NCBI GenBank assembly: GCA_021613535.1
Contig: CP075494.1
Coordinates: 3,100,001-3,164,000 of the forward strand
Reading direction: 5' to 3'
DNA length: 64,000 nt
DNA from: Adineta vaga
Lineage: Eukaryota > Animalia > Rotifera
The notes beneath the pieces were generated by a model. The model did no database searches, was not told where the DNA came from, and worked only from the letters and a program-made list of their open reading frames with translations. The translations under genes were made by a program, and so were the position numbers. Numbering within the stretch: position 1 is the stretch's first letter; the number at the start of each line of letters is the position of its first letter. Below, piece after piece: positions 62,721-64,000 of the stretch.

Positions 62721-63560
62721 TCACACAACAATTAGCATCTTGTGAGAAACTGGTATATTTTTGAGTTGAATTAAATGGTAACCAGTTTCTTGATCTACTG
62801 TTACCTGACATACTTCAAATAGAGTACCTGATAAGAGTAATACTTCTTTTTCATGTGGATATCTTGTTATCGGTTTTCCAATACTCGAATCGATTACCGT
62901 ATAACATGTGTCAGGAAAAGAAAGTTTCATTAGAACAAGCTACTTTTGAATACCCTTTTTCGCGCTGTCACTGGCTTCCTTTTCAGCGAACCAAATCGCT
63001 TTAGATTTCAACACCGACGCGGATGTCGTTGGTCTGATTTCGATCAATCGCTATATATTCTTCACACTTCACATTAATAGTAATTACACTTCAATCGCAA
63101 CAGAGTCTGCGCTATTGATCAAATTGATGAAATCCTTCAGAATCATCTTGTTTGTTGTATTTGATCGTTTTTTTCCAATAATTTATACACGTCATCACAT
63201 GTGTTTCATACCTATAGAAGAGATCAATTTGTATTTGACATTTTCTTTCATTTTGTAAATAAACTGAAATTATCAATTAACCTGGAATTTTCTAAGCAAT
63301 ATTTCATCGTCTGTGCTTGAACTGTTTTTTGTAAAGTTGCCTCTCGTTCTTCAAACATACCAATATGTTTATAAGCACCCAGATAGTTATTTTTGGGCAT
63401 ATTGTCTTCTTCACAATTGTCAACTCCTTCTCATGTAATGCAGTATACTACCGTTTGCTTCAAAGCGATTCTGAACAGTTGTCAAATCACCATTACGACA
63501 AGCTAAATAGATTTTATTCGGCGTAATCTGCTTTCTATCGTCAGAAGTCACTGTAGCCAT
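62721..63560 (-). pseudogene. Second ankyrin + ART paralogue, internally deleted, convergent
   Basis: MATVTS...YLACRNGDLTTV..EANGS at 63560-63450; TSAS, YPHEKEVLLLSGTLFEV at 63030-62721. Confidence 0.75.
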
Positions 63561-63699
63561 CTATAAAACAATCCACTCTTTATTTCCGATAAGAAAAAAG
63601 AACGAGAAATCTATTACTCTTATGTTTTGAGTTATTTATTTTCTCATTCTTTGTCAGAGCAAAAGTGTGCATAAAGTCATGCGGGAATGCAAAAAGAAA

Positions 63700-63743
63700 T
63701 TGAGGCTGTGGTTATAATCTTTAACCCACAACCACACTCTCGA
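63700..63743. repeat. Telomere-like intergenic palindrome
   Basis: TTGAGGCTGTGGTT...AACCCACAACCACACTCTCGA. Confidence 0.75.
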
Positions 63744-63792
63744 TATCCTGATCCTCACCTTTATTCAATTGATCGAATGAAATCAATTATAT

Positions 63793-64000
63793 TTATTTAT
63801 TATTTAAATAATTTCCGAATGGAAAGGATTTATCAATCATTTTTTTATCTCGAAGTAAACATAAAAGTCGATAACCAATTGTTGCTGCTGCGAGACATGT
63901 TATATTCGATTGATCGTATGCTGGAGACACTTCTACAATATCCATTCCAACATAATTAATTGAACGAAGACGACGAAGAATAGCAAGTGATTGTGCCATT
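63793..64000 (-). CDS. Agmatinase/ureohydrolase, C-terminal part (runs off the window)
   Basis: VGMDIVEVSPAYDQSNITCLAAA signature. Confidence 0.85.
   Translation of the reverse strand, partial: MAQSLAILRRLRSINYVGMDIVEVSPAYDQSNITCLAAATIGYRLLCLLRDKKMIDKSFPFGNYLNNK

Noticed and set aside
794-63959. Many 60-130 aa ORFs in the track (e.g. 794, 2281, 8014, 14228, 27686, 45374, 55208, 59918)
   Set aside because: Antisense or off-frame shadows of real genes, or AT-rich noise with non-ATG starts and no motifs.
1-64000. Prokaryotic or contaminant origin suggested by bacterial-like genes
   Set aside because: Numerous GT-AG introns restore reading frames, and GPCR, EGF and PRDM genes are present.
1-64000. 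Integrase, transposase or reverse transcriptase serving the palindromes; tRNA or rRNA genes
   Set aside because: None recognisable in this window; any enzyme acting on the palindromes would have to be encoded elsewhere.

Overview
AT-rich eukaryotic DNA with short (~45-65 nt) GT-AG introns. The gene content (NHL-repeat proteins, intronless class-A GPCRs, R-S-E ADP-ribosyltransferases, MACPFs, intron-bearing genes of bacterial/fungal type) is typical of bdelloid rotifers (inference; no taxonomic search was run). About 35 mostly unrelated genes or gene relics are packed at roughly one per 2 kb, and about a third carry premature stops or frameshifts. The main unexplained structure is a family of about 25-30 short (40-100 bp) imperfect palindromes of the form TTGAGGG(TGTGGG)n - unrelated spacer - (CCCACA)nCCCTCAA. 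They are built from the bdelloid telomeric hexamers and sit in most intergenic gaps, so many genes are framed like cassettes or telomere-capped mini-fragments joined end to end. By hand I also decoded relics that the ORF track misses or fragments: XRN2-like, PR/SET, Rnl2-type RNA ligase, ART fragments, FG-GAP, and a non-autonomous Helitron. Coordinates of degenerate elements and of spliced gene ends are manual and may be off by a few bases.
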